DNA of 48,802 nt from Gemmobacter sp. (lineage in GTDB: Bacteria > Pseudomonadota > Alphaproteobacteria > Rhodobacterales > Rhodobacteraceae), in NCBI GenBank assembly GCA_030834485.1, contig JAUREX010000001.1:1-48802 (forward strand). The letters run 5' to 3'. The position numbers were made by a program, and so were the translations under genes. Below the pieces are notes generated by a model, which saw only the letters and a program-made list of their open reading frames with translations, did no database searches and was not told the origin of the DNA. Positions within the stretch are counted from its first letter, which is position 1, and each line of letters begins with the position of its first letter. Below, piece by piece: positions 1 to 8,220 of this stretch.

Positions 1-446
1 TCATCGACCTCCTCTCGGATGTCGCACCCGGCCATGCCGAGCGGATGGTCGCCCTCGCCGAGCGGGGCGATTATGACGGCGTCGCCTTTCACCGCGTGAT
101 CGAGGGCTTCATGGCCCAGACGGGCGACGTCCAGTTCGGCAAGCCCGACAGCCCCGCCGGCATGGCCGGGCGCGGGGGCTCGGACCTGCCGGACCTGCGC
201 GCCGAATTCTCGGCCGTTTCGTTCGAGCGCGGGATCGTCGGCATGGCGCGCGCCATGAACCCCGACAGCGCCAACAGCCAGTTCTTCATCATGTTCGCCC
301 CCGCCCCGCACCTCAACGGCCAGTATACCGTGGTCGGGCGCGTGATCTCGGGGATGGAGGTCGTCGACGCGATCACCCGCGGCACCGGCCCGAACGGCGA
401 GGTCGGCACCCCCGACCGCATGGCGACGGTGCGCGTCCTGCGCTAA
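1..446 (+). CDS. peptidyl-prolyl cis-trans isomerase, cyclophilin type (5' end outside window)
   Basis: Frame 3 is open from the window edge. The translation ...VAPGHAERMVALAERGDYDGVAFHRVIEGFMAQTGD...NSQFFIMF...GRVISGMEVVDAI is a canonical cyclophilin core. Confidence 0.9.
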   Translation, partial: IDLLSDVAPGHAERMVALAERGDYDGVAFHRVIEGFMAQTGDVQFGKPDSPAGMAGRGGSDLPDLRAEFSAVSFERGIVGMARAMNPDSANSQFFIMFAPAPHLNGQYTVVGRVISGMEVVDAITRGTGPNGEVGTPDRMATVRVLR

Positions 447-454
447 AGCCTGCC

Positions 455-496
455 GGGCGCGCGACCCTGCGCGCGCCCCGCTCAGTCTTTGTTTAC
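455..496 (+). terminator. GC-rich hairpin after the cyclophilin gene (possible intrinsic terminator)
   Basis: GGGCGCGCG (455-463) pairs perfectly with CGCGCGCCC (470-478). It is followed a few nt later by TCTTTGTTT. Confidence 0.35.
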
Positions 497-526
497 GATT
501 TGTGAAGAGATTTCCGACCGCGCCAT

Positions 527-1153
527 TTGAGGGTTACCGCCGTGCAAACCATCGAGGACATCGCAAGGGAAATCGTCGCCCGCGAGGGCGGCTTCGTGAA
601 CGACCCCGACGATCCGGGGGGAATGACGAACCGGGGCGTCACCCTCGCGACGCTGCGCCGGCTCGGGGTCGACATCGACGGGGACGGGGACGCCGACGCC
701 GACGACCTCAGGATGCTCAGCGTCGATGACGCCGCCGCGATCTTCGTGCGCCATTACTTCCATGAACCGCGGATCGACCGCCTGCCCCCCGCGCTTCAGG
801 CGAGCGTCTTCGACATGTATGTGAACGCGGGCGCCAATGCGGTGAAGATCCTCCAGCGCCTTCTGACCGAGATGGGATTCCCCACGGGCGACGACGGCAA
901 GATCGGGCCCATCACCGCCGCCAATGCCGCCGCCGCCGCCGCCGCCGCGCCCGACCACATCGCCGACGCCTATGGCATCGCGCGGCGCGATTACTACTAC
1001 GCGATCGGCGAAACCCGAAAGGCGAGCCGCAAATACGTCCGCCGGCGCAATGGTGGCAAGGGCGGCTGGATCCTGCGCGCCGAGGAATTCATCTCGCCCC
1101 GCTTCCACCTCAGCGAGGCCGAGCACAGCGCACGGGTGTCGCAATGGGCCTGA
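527..1153 (+). CDS. GH108-family lysozyme/endolysin with C-terminal peptidoglycan-binding domain (GTA/phage-type endolysin)
   Basis: The N-terminus ...AREGGFVNDPDDPGGMTNRGVT matches the GH108 catalytic signature (EGGxxNDPxDPGGxTxxG). An Ala-rich linker is followed by a PG_binding_3-like C-terminus. The start is TTG at 527 (ORF track), or GTG at 542 preceded by GAGG. The stop overlaps the next gene. Confidence 0.85.
   Translation: MRVTAVQTIEDIAREIVAREGGFVNDPDDPGGMTNRGVTLATLRRLGVDIDGDGDADADDLRMLSVDDAAAIFVRHYFHEPRIDRLPPALQASVFDMYVNAGANAVKILQRLLTEMGFPTGDDGKIGPITAANAAAAAAAAPDHIADAYGIARRDYYYAIGETRKASRKYVRRRNGGKGGWILRAEEFISPRFHLSEAEHSARVSQWA
926..949 (+). repeat. (GCC)7-GCG trinucleotide microsatellite encoding the poly-Ala linker of the endolysin
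   Basis: Read directly: seven consecutive in-frame GCC codons plus GCG, giving AAAAAAAA. Confidence 0.9.
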
Positions 1154-1671
1154 TCTCGCGCATCTTCGGCGCCCCGCAGGCGGTGGGCGCGCTGGCCGAC
1201 GCCACCCGCGGCGTGGCCGAAGTCTTCATCCCCAACGCCACCCGCAGCCTCGAGCTTTCGGCCGAGGCGCAATCGGCCGCGCTTGCCCAGCACGCGGCCG
1301 AGTTCAGGAATGCGCCCGGCGGGTGGTTCGACGGGCTGGTGAACGGGCTCAACCGCCTGCCGCGCCCGACGCTCGCCTTCGGGTCGATCGGGCTCTTTGC
1401 CTATGCGATGGCCGACCCCCCGGGCTTTGCCGAGCGGATGGAGGCGCTTGAGCGCGTGCCCGAGCCGCTCTGGTGGCTGATGGGGGCGGTGGTGGCGTTC
1501 TATTTCGGCGCGCGCGAGACGCATCACTTCCGCGCCAGCCAGACCGCCACGCGGCCTGAGGCCCGGCCTGTCCCGCCTGCGCCGGCAGCACCCGAGGCAG
1601 CCGCGCCGCGACGCCCCACGGGCGGGAACCCCGCGCTCGAGGATTGGCGGCGGGGCGCGACCGCGGGTTGA
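1144..1671 (+). CDS. holin, 3-TM GTA-release type (GTA_holin_3TM-like)
   Basis: ATG at 1144 overlaps the endolysin stop (ATGGGCCTGA). The protein has an N-terminal amphipathic region, then hydrophobic segments (LAFGSIGLFAYAMA, LWWLMGAVVAFYFGA) and a Pro/Ala-rich tail. The layout and sequence resemble the Pfam GTA_holin_3TM family. Confidence 0.75.
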   Translation: MGLISRIFGAPQAVGALADATRGVAEVFIPNATRSLELSAEAQSAALAQHAAEFRNAPGGWFDGLVNGLNRLPRPTLAFGSIGLFAYAMADPPGFAERMEALERVPEPLWWLMGAVVAFYFGARETHHFRASQTATRPEARPVPPAPAAPEAAAPRRPTGGNPALEDWRRGATAG

Positions 1672-1758
1672 AGACCCGCGGTCACGCCTGCGCGACCTGC
1701 GCGCGACGCATGGGCGCAGACCCTTCCTGCGGGACCCGGCGCGGCCTATAGTCGGGGC

Positions 1759-3732
1759 ATGATCGTCGAACTCGGACACTTCGCCCTGATCCTCGCGCTT
1801 GTCGTCGCGCTTTTGCAGACGGCCGTGCCGCTGATCGGCGCGGCGCAGCGGCGGGCGGCGTGGATGGCGGCGGCAGAGCCGCTCGCGGTGGCGCAACTGC
1901 TGCTTCTGGGGTTTGCCTTCGCGGCACTCACCTGGGCCTTCGTCACCTCGGACTTTTCGGTCGCGCTCGTGGTGTCGAATTCGCACACGCTCAAACCCCT
2001 GCTCTACAAGATCTCGGGCGTGTGGGGCAATCACGAGGGGTCGCTTCTGCTCTGGACGCTGATCCTCGCGCTTTTCGGGGCGTCGGCGGCGTGGTTCGGA
2101 GGCAACCTGCCCGACACGCTGCGCGCGCGGGTCCTTGCGGTGCAGGGCTCGATCGGGGTTGCGTTCCTCCTCTTCATGCTGCTGACCTCGAACCCCTTCC
2201 TGCGGCTCGAGGTTGCGCCCTTCGACGGGCAGGATCTGAACCCGCTCCTGCAGGACCCGGGCCTCGCCTTTCATCCGCCGTTTCTCTACCTCGGCTATGT
2301 CGGCCTCTCGATGGCCTATTCCTTCGCGGTCGCGGCGCTGATCGAGGGGCGGGTCGATGCCGCCTGGGGGCGCTGGGTCAGGCCCTGGACGCTGGCGGCG
2401 TGGGTGTTCCTCACGATCGGGATCGCGCTCGGGTCGTGGTGGGCCTATTACGAACTGGGCTGGGGCGGGTTCTGGTTCTGGGATCCGGTCGAGAACGCCT
2501 CGTTCATGCCCTGGCTGATCGCGGCCGCACTCCTCCATTCCGCGATCGTCGTCGAAAAGCGCGAGGCGCTGAAATCCTGGACGATCCTGCTGGCGATCCT
2601 GGCCTTCGGCTTTTCGCTGATCGGCACCTTCATCGTGCGCTCGGGCATCATCACGAGCGTGCACGCCTTCGCCAACGACCCCGACCGGGGCGTGTTCATC
2701 CTCATGATCCTCGGCTTCTTCACCGGGGGGGCGCTTGTCCTTTATGCGCTGCGGGCGGGCGCGATGGAGGCGCGCGGCGTCTTTGGCGTGCTCAGCCGCG
2801 AATCGGGCATCGTCGCCAACAACGTGCTGTTGTCGGTGTCGTGCTTCGTCGTCTTTGTCGGCACGATCTGGCCGCTCGTGGCCGAGCTGCTGGCCGGGCG
2901 CAAGCTGTCGGTGGGGCCGCCCTTCTTCAACGCGGCCTTCACGCCCTTCATGGTCGCGATCGCGATCCTGCTGCCGTTCGGGGCGATGCTGGCGTGGAAG
3001 CGGGCCGATCCGGCGCGGGGGCTGCGCGCGCTGGGGGCGCCTGCGTTCCTTGCGCTGGCGGCGGGCGCGCTCGCCTTTGCGGTGCAGACGGGGCAGAGCG
3101 CGCTCGGCCCCATCGGGCTCGCGCTCGGGCTCTGGGTCGTGGGCGGGGCGGCGGTCGATATCTGGGCGCGCGGCGGGCGCGAGGGGCTCGGGCTGCGGCT
3201 GCGGCGCATCGCGCTCCTGCCGCGGGCGGATTGGGGCAAGGCGGTGGCGCATGGGGGCCTCGGCGTCACGATCTTTGCGGTCGCGGCGATGATGGCCTGG
3301 CAGCGCGAGGATATCCGCGTGCTGCAACCGGGCGAGGCGTTCGACCTTGCCGGGCGCGAGGTGCGGCTGCTCGAGGTGCGCGAGGTCGAGGGGCCGAACT
3401 ACCTCGCCACGCAGGGCGTCTTCAGCGTGACCGAAGGGGCGCGCGTCTTTGAGCTTCGGCCCGAAAAGCGCATCTATCCCGCCGCCGGGATGCCCACGAC
3501 CGAGGCGGGGATCGACTATGGTTTCTGGCGCGACGTCTATCTGGTGCTGGGGGATGCGCAGACGGGCGGGGGCTGGGCGGTGCGCAGCTATGTCAAGCCC
3601 TTCGCGAACTGGCTCTGGGCGGGCTGCGCGCTGATGGCGCTCGGGGGGCTTCTGAGCCTCTCGGACCGGCGCTATCGCATCGCGGCCGGGGCACGGCGGG
3701 CGGCGCCGGCGGCGGGGGTGGCGGCGGAATGA
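1759..3732 (+). CDS. ccmF: cytochrome c-type biogenesis heme lyase subunit CcmF
   Basis: 657-aa polytopic membrane protein with the CcmF [12 protein letters not shown] tryptophan-rich motif ([18 protein letters not shown]). Confidence 0.96.
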   Translation: MIVELGHFALILALVVALLQTAVPLIGAAQRRAAWMAAAEPLAVAQLLLLGFAFAALTWAFVTSDFSVALVVSNSHTLKPLLYKISGVWGNHEGSLLLWTLILALFGASAAWFGGNLPDTLRARVLAVQGSIGVAFLLFMLLTSNPFLRLEVAPFDGQDLNPLLQDPGLAFHPPFLYLGYVGLSMAYSFAVAALIEGRVDAAWGRWVRPWTLAAWVFLTIGIALGSWWAYYELGWGGFWFWDPVENASFMPWLIAAALLHSAIVVEKREALKSWTILLAILAFGFSLIGTFIVRSGIITSVHAFANDPDRGVFILMILGFFTGGALVLYALRAGAMEARGVFGVLSRESGIVANNVLLSVSCFVVFVGTIWPLVAELLAGRKLSVGPPFFNAAFTPFMVAIAILLPFGAMLAWKRADPARGLRALGAPAFLALAAGALAFAVQTGQSALGPIGLALGLWVVGGAAVDIWARGGREGLGLRLRRIALLPRADWGKAVAHGGLGVTIFAVAAMMAWQREDIRVLQPGEAFDLAGREVRLLEVREVEGPNYLATQGVFSVTEGARVFELRPEKRIYPAAGMPTTEAGIDYGFWRDVYLVLGDAQTGGGWAVRSYVKPFANWLWAGCALMALGGLLSLSDRRYRIAAGARRAAPAAGVAAE

Positions 3733-4181
3733 TGCTGCGCGCCCTCTGCGTCGCGCTCGCGCTCTGGTCGGGCCCGGCGCTGGCGGTGCAACCCGATGAG
3801 GTGCTGCCCGACCCCGCGCTCGAGGAGCGCGCGCGCGACATATCGGCGGGGCTGCGCTGCCTGGTCTGCCGCAACGAATCGATCGACGAATCGAACGCGG
3901 GCCTCGCGCGCGATCTGCGCCTTCTGGTGCGCGAGCGGCTGGTGGCGGGCGACAGCGATGCAGAGGTCGTGGCCTTCGTCGTCGACCGCTACGGCGAATA
4001 TGTGCTGCTGCGCCCGACCCTCGGGGGGGCGAACCTCCTGCTGTGGCTGGCGGGACCGGCGATGCTGATGCTGGCGGGGGCGATCGCGATCGGCTATCTG
4101 CGCGCACGGGCGCGCGCGACGCCGCCCGCGACCCTCAGCCCCGAGGAAGAGGCGCGGCTGCGCGACCTCCTGCGGGATTGA
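3729..4181 (+). CDS. ccmH: cytochrome c-type biogenesis protein CcmH
   Basis: ATGA overlap with ccmF. Signal peptide plus the [16 protein letters not shown] motif (CxxC) typical of CcmH/CycL. Confidence 0.93.
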   Translation: MMLRALCVALALWSGPALAVQPDEVLPDPALEERARDISAGLRCLVCRNESIDESNAGLARDLRLLVRERLVAGDSDAEVVAFVVDRYGEYVLLRPTLGGANLLLWLAGPAMLMLAGAIAIGYLRARARATPPATLSPEEEARLRDLLRD

Positions 4182-4209
4182 GGCCGGCTGACAGGAAGGC
4201 AGGCAGGCG

Positions 4210-4995
4210 ATGGACTATCGGACGATCCTTTGCGATCTGAAGGACGGCGTTGCGGTCATCACCCTCAACCGCCCCGAGGTGATGAACGCCCTCAACGTGC
4301 AGATGCGCGCGGAACTCCTCCATGCGCTGCGCGCGCTGGCGCAGCCCGCGTCGGGGGCGCGCGTCGTGGTGCTGACCGGGGCGGGGCGGTCGTTCTGTTC
4401 GGGGCAGGACCTGGGGGATGCGCGCTCGCTCGCCACGATCGACCTCGAGGGGACGCTGCGCGACGAATACGAGCCGCTGCTGGCGGCCATGGGCGCCCTG
4501 ACGGTGCCGGTGATCGCTGCGGTGAACGGGGCGGCGGCGGGGGCGGGCGCGAACCTCGCGCTTGCGGCCGATGTGGTGATCGCGGCCGAATCGGCCGTCT
4601 TCGTGCAGGCGTTCACGCGCATCGGCCTCATCCCCGACGCGGGCGGCACCTGGCGGCTGCCGCGCCAGCTCGGGATGGCGCGCGCGATGGGGCTTGCGCT
4701 TTTCGGCGAGCGGCTCGGCGCGCGCGAGGCCGCGGACTGGGGCCTGATCTGGGAGGCGCTGCCCGACTCGGCGTTCGAGGCGGGCTGGCGGGCGCGCGCC
4801 GAGACCCTCGCGCAGGGGCCGACGGTGGCCTATGGCGCGCTCAAGCAGGCGATGGCGGCCTCGGCGGACAATACGCTCGAGGCGCAGCTGCGCCTCGAGG
4901 CCGAATTGCAGGGCCGCTGCGGGCGCACGCATGATTTCCGCGAGGGGGTGCTCGCCTTCATCGACAAGCGCACGCCGCGCTTCGAGGGGCGCTGA
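4210..4995 (+). CDS. enoyl-CoA hydratase/isomerase family protein (PaaG-like)
   Basis: Crotonase fold signatures: VITLNRPEVMNALN, AAVNGAAAGAGANLALAADV, and REGVLAFIDKRTPRF at the C-terminus. Confidence 0.9.
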   Translation: MDYRTILCDLKDGVAVITLNRPEVMNALNVQMRAELLHALRALAQPASGARVVVLTGAGRSFCSGQDLGDARSLATIDLEGTLRDEYEPLLAAMGALTVPVIAAVNGAAAGAGANLALAADVVIAAESAVFVQAFTRIGLIPDAGGTWRLPRQLGMARAMGLALFGERLGAREAADWGLIWEALPDSAFEAGWRARAETLAQGPTVAYGALKQAMAASADNTLEAQLRLEAELQGRCGRTHDFREGVLAFIDKRTPRFEGR

Positions 4996-4998
4996 GGC

Positions 4999-5586
4999 TC
5001 AGAACCGCGCGAGGCGGGCCTGAAGTGCCGCCAGCTGGGCGCGGATGTCGGCAATCTCGTCGCCCTGGGCGGGCGGGGCGCCGTCGCCCCTGGGGGCTGC
5101 CGCGTCCGGGGCGGGGCCTTCATGGCCCGTGGCGGCACCCGGCACGAAGGCCCCCATCATCGCCTTGAGGAATGCCTCCTGCTGGCGCTGCATCGCCTCG
5201 AAGCCGGGCACGCCCGTCATCGGGCCGCCGAAAGCCGAGAGGTTCTCGACCAGACGCTCCTGCTGGGCGCGCATGGTCTCGAACGCCTGGGCGAGGAACT
5301 GCGGCACCATGCTGTTCATCCCCGTGGCATAGCTGCGCACGAGGTCGGTCAGCACGTTGACGGGCAGCACGCTCTCGCCCTTGCTCTCGTGCTCGGCGAT
5401 GATCTGGAGGAGGTATTGGCGCGTCAGATTCTCGCCCGACTTGAGGTCGATGATCTCGACATCGCGGCCGGCGCGGATGAAGCCCGCGATATCCTCGAGC
5501 GTGACGTAATCGCTCGTCTCGGTGTTGTAGAGCCGCCTGCTCGCGTAGCGCTTGATGAGCAGCGGTTTTACATCGGTCTCGGCCAT
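4999..5586 (-). CDS. phaR: polyhydroxyalkanoate synthesis repressor PhaR
   Basis: The N-terminus IKRYASRRLYNTETSDYVTLEDIA is the conserved PhaR DNA-binding signature. It lies next to phaP and phaC. Confidence 0.95.
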   Translation of the reverse strand: MAETDVKPLLIKRYASRRLYNTETSDYVTLEDIAGFIRAGRDVEIIDLKSGENLTRQYLLQIIAEHESKGESVLPVNVLTDLVRSYATGMNSMVPQFLAQAFETMRAQQERLVENLSAFGGPMTGVPGFEAMQRQQEAFLKAMMGAFVPGAATGHEGPAPDAAAPRGDGAPPAQGDEIADIRAQLAALQARLARF

Positions 5587-5684
5587 GGCGCGGACTCCGT
5601 CGGCGAGGATCGAGCAGAGCCTAGACGAGCGCGCCGGGCGTGAAAACCGATTTCTGCATCCGCGCGGACGGGCGGGGCGCGACG

Positions 5685-5714
5685 CAAAAAGGGCGGATCC
5701 CGGGGGATCCGCCC
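5685..5714 (-). terminator. intrinsic terminator downstream of phaP
   Basis: The minus strand reads GGGCGGATCC-CCCG-GGATCCGCCC followed by TTTTTG (stem 5691-5714, A-run 5686-5690 on the + strand). Confidence 0.75.
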
Positions 5715-5764
5715 TGATCGACGCGGCACGGACGACGGGGAGGTGCGCCGCGCGCCGCCTCAGA

Positions 5765-6208
5765 TCACTTGCCGGCGGCCTTCTTGGCCACGCCGGTGAC
5801 CTCGGCGGTCGCCTTCTTCATCGCGGCGGTGGCATCTTCCGAGATGTCCTTGCCGGCGGCGAGCATCAGTTCGACCGTCTCCATCTGCACCTTCTTCGCG
5901 ATCTCGGCGAAGGCGGCCATGTTCTCGGCGGCGAGCTCGGCGGCCTGCGTCGCGAAATCGGTCGCGGCCTTCGAGTAATCCGCCGGATCGGCCTTGACGC
6001 GGGCCATCTCGCCCATACGCGCGATCGTCTCGCGGGTCCATTTGGCGGTGATGTCGGTCGACTTCTCGGCCGCGTCGAGCGCAACGCGGGTCATCTTCTC
6101 ACCCAGCGCGGCCTGCGACTTCATCGCATCCTGCATGGCGGAATTGTCGAAGGGGAACACGTTCATCATGTCCTGCATCATCTTGGTCACGTCGGCCGGT
6201 TTGTTCAT
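5765..6208 (-). CDS. phaP: phasin (PHA granule-associated protein)
   Basis: Alanine- and lysine-rich helical protein, MNKPADVTKMMQDMMNVFPFDN...; the phasin family is typical between phaC and phaR. I chose the internal ATG at 6208 because GGAGAG lies 6 nt upstream. The track ORF extends to 6274. Confidence 0.88.
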   Translation of the reverse strand: MNKPADVTKMMQDMMNVFPFDNSAMQDAMKSQAALGEKMTRVALDAAEKSTDITAKWTRETIARMGEMARVKADPADYSKAATDFATQAAELAAENMAAFAEIAKKVQMETVELMLAAGKDISEDATAAMKKATAEVTGVAKKAAGK

Positions 6209-6266
6209 GGCTGTCTCTCCGATGGGGTGGGGCATCTGCCCGCTGCATTCATGAGAGAGACATACA

Positions 6267-6309
6267 TGCTGCACCGCAGCATTTCAAGAGGGAATGCTGC
6301 GGTGCAGCA
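6267..6309 (-). promoter_or_regulatory. 17-bp perfect inverted repeat carrying two CTGC-N3-GCAG boxes (candidate PhaR operators and/or phaC terminator hairpin) upstream of phaP
   Basis: Arms are TGCTGCACCGCAGCATT (6267-6283) and AATGCTGCGGTGCAGCA (6293-6309), with a 9-nt spacer. The boxes are CTGCACCGCAG (6269-6279) and CTGCGGTGCAG (6297-6307). Confidence 0.55.
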
Positions 6310-6317
6310 AAAAACTT

Positions 6318-8126
6318 TCACGCGTCGGGGTCGGCCGTCACATAGGTGCCGGGTGCGGGTGCGAGCGCCGGATAACCCTCGACCGTGCCGGGCACGCGCG
6401 CCGCGACCATCGGCCCCGAATGCTGCGCGAGCCAGGCGCCCCAATGGGGCCACCAGCTGCCGGCGCCAAAGCTCGCGTCGTGGCGGAACTCTTCGGGCGT
6501 CGTCATCGGGGCGGGGTTGGTGTAGTGGCCATATTTGCGCTTGGTGGGCGGGTTGACGATGCCCGCGATATGGCCCGACTCGGACAGAACGAAGGTCTTG
6601 TCCTCGGAGCCGAAGCGGCGCACGCCATTATACGAGGACCGCCAGGCGGCGATGTGGTCGGTCTCGCAGGCGACCGCGAAGAGGGGCTGGGTGATGTCCG
6701 ACAGGCGCACCTTCTTGCCCAGCACCTTGAACGTGCCCTTCGCGAATTCGTCGCGTTGGCACAGGCCGCGCAGATATTCGACCGCCATGCGCCCGGGCAA
6801 GTTGGTGCCGTCGCCGTTCCAGAACAGCAGATCGAAGGCGGGCGGCCGCTCGCCCAGCATGTAGCTGCGGATCGCGGGCGCATAGATGAGGTCGTTGGCG
6901 CGCAGGAAGCTAAAGGTGCGCGACATGTATTTCTTGTGCAGGACCCCCGTGCGCTCGCATTCGCGCTCGATCCCGTCGACGAAATCATCGTCGAGGAACA
7001 CCCCGACCTCGCCCTGATCCGAGAAATCGGTGAGCGTGGTGAAAAGCGTCACCGCCTTGACCGAGCGGTCCTTGACGCGCGCCATGTAGCCCAGCGTCAG
7101 CGACAGCGTGGTGCCCGCGATGCAATAGCCGACGGCGTTGATCTTCTTTTCGCCCGTGATGGCCTTCACCGCCGCGATCGCCGCGAGATAGCCCTCGGAG
7201 ACATAGTCATCCATGCCGGTGTCGGCATAGCTCGCATCGGGGTTCGCCCAGCTCACGACGAAGAGGGTGAAGCCCTGATCGACGATCCACTTCACCAGGC
7301 TGTTCTCGGGCTTGAGGTCGAGGATGTAGAACTTGTTGATCCAGGGCGGAAAGATCAGGAGGGGGGTGCGGTGCACCTTGTCGGTCGTCGGCGCATACTG
7401 GATCAGCTCGAACATGCGGTTGCGAAAGACGACGCTGCCGGGGGTGGTGCCGATGTTGCCGCCGATCCTGAAGGCCTCGGCATCCGAGAGCGTCACCTGC
7501 AACTCGCCGCCATGCGCCTCGATGTCGTGCACGAGGTTCTCGAGGCCGCGCACGAGCGATTCGCCATCCGTCTCGACCGCGCGCTCGAGCGCGTCGGGGT
7601 TGGTCGCGAAGAAGTTCGAGGGCGACATCATGTCGACGATCTGGCGCGCGAAATACTCGACCCGCCAGCGGTCGCGCTGATCGAGATGCTCGAGGCTCGC
7701 GACCGCCTTGTTCACCGCCTCGGCATTCAGCAGGTATTGCTGCTTGAGATAGGCGAAATAGGGGTGCGTATCCCACAGCGGGTTGGCAAAGCGCCGGTCG
7801 CGCGGCCTGTCGGCGCCAGCATCCGCCTCGGGCAGGCTGATGCGCCCCTGCGCGAGGTGCTGCTGGGCCTCGAGGTAATGGGCGAAGGTGCGGCCCCAGT
7901 ATTCGACCTGCTGCTCGACGATCTTGGCCGGATTGGTCATCATCTCGGCCATGTAGGCCGAGGCCGCCTTGGCGTAGAACTCGGGGCCCGGGGCGCTCAG
8001 CGCCGGGTTGGGCGGCCCGCCATGCGAGAGCGACGAGACGAGGCGCTGGGTCAGCGTCTCGATGCGCTCCATGTTCTGACGCAACTTTTCGGAGGCGGGG
8101 ACAGGATCGGTCTGATCGGTTGCCAT
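6318..8126 (-). CDS. phaC: class I poly(3-hydroxyalkanoate) polymerase PhaC
   Basis: 602 aa with the lipase-box-like GYCIAGT, and full-length resemblance to class I PHA synthases. Confidence 0.97.
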   Translation of the reverse strand: MATDQTDPVPASEKLRQNMERIETLTQRLVSSLSHGGPPNPALSAPGPEFYAKAASAYMAEMMTNPAKIVEQQVEYWGRTFAHYLEAQQHLAQGRISLPEADAGADRPRDRRFANPLWDTHPYFAYLKQQYLLNAEAVNKAVASLEHLDQRDRWRVEYFARQIVDMMSPSNFFATNPDALERAVETDGESLVRGLENLVHDIEAHGGELQVTLSDAEAFRIGGNIGTTPGSVVFRNRMFELIQYAPTTDKVHRTPLLIFPPWINKFYILDLKPENSLVKWIVDQGFTLFVVSWANPDASYADTGMDDYVSEGYLAAIAAVKAITGEKKINAVGYCIAGTTLSLTLGYMARVKDRSVKAVTLFTTLTDFSDQGEVGVFLDDDFVDGIERECERTGVLHKKYMSRTFSFLRANDLIYAPAIRSYMLGERPPAFDLLFWNGDGTNLPGRMAVEYLRGLCQRDEFAKGTFKVLGKKVRLSDITQPLFAVACETDHIAAWRSSYNGVRRFGSEDKTFVLSESGHIAGIVNPPTKRKYGHYTNPAPMTTPEEFRHDASFGAGSWWPHWGAWLAQHSGPMVAARVPGTVEGYPALAPAPGTYVTADPDA

Positions 8127-8220
8127 GCTGACCTTAACCCCCTATTCTCTGGCCTTGGCATAACGTCGCCGACGGGGAGGAAAGCGACGCAAGAGACGGG
8201 CCCCCGTAGAAGGAGACGAT

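Noticed and set aside
481-526. CtrA box (TTAA-N7-TTAA) in the AT-rich stretch upstream of the endolysin.
   Set aside because: Only a degenerate TTAC-N7-GAAG is present, which is not enough to call a site. I kept it only as 'promoter-like AT-rich patch' in the lysis-cassette finding.
997-4107. 1036-aa ORF on the minus strand, opposite the holin, ccmF and ccmH.
   Set aside because: The translation is an Arg/Pro/Gly/Ala-rich low-complexity string with no domain signature. It lies antisense to genes with unambiguous motifs, so it is a classic high-GC shadow ORF.
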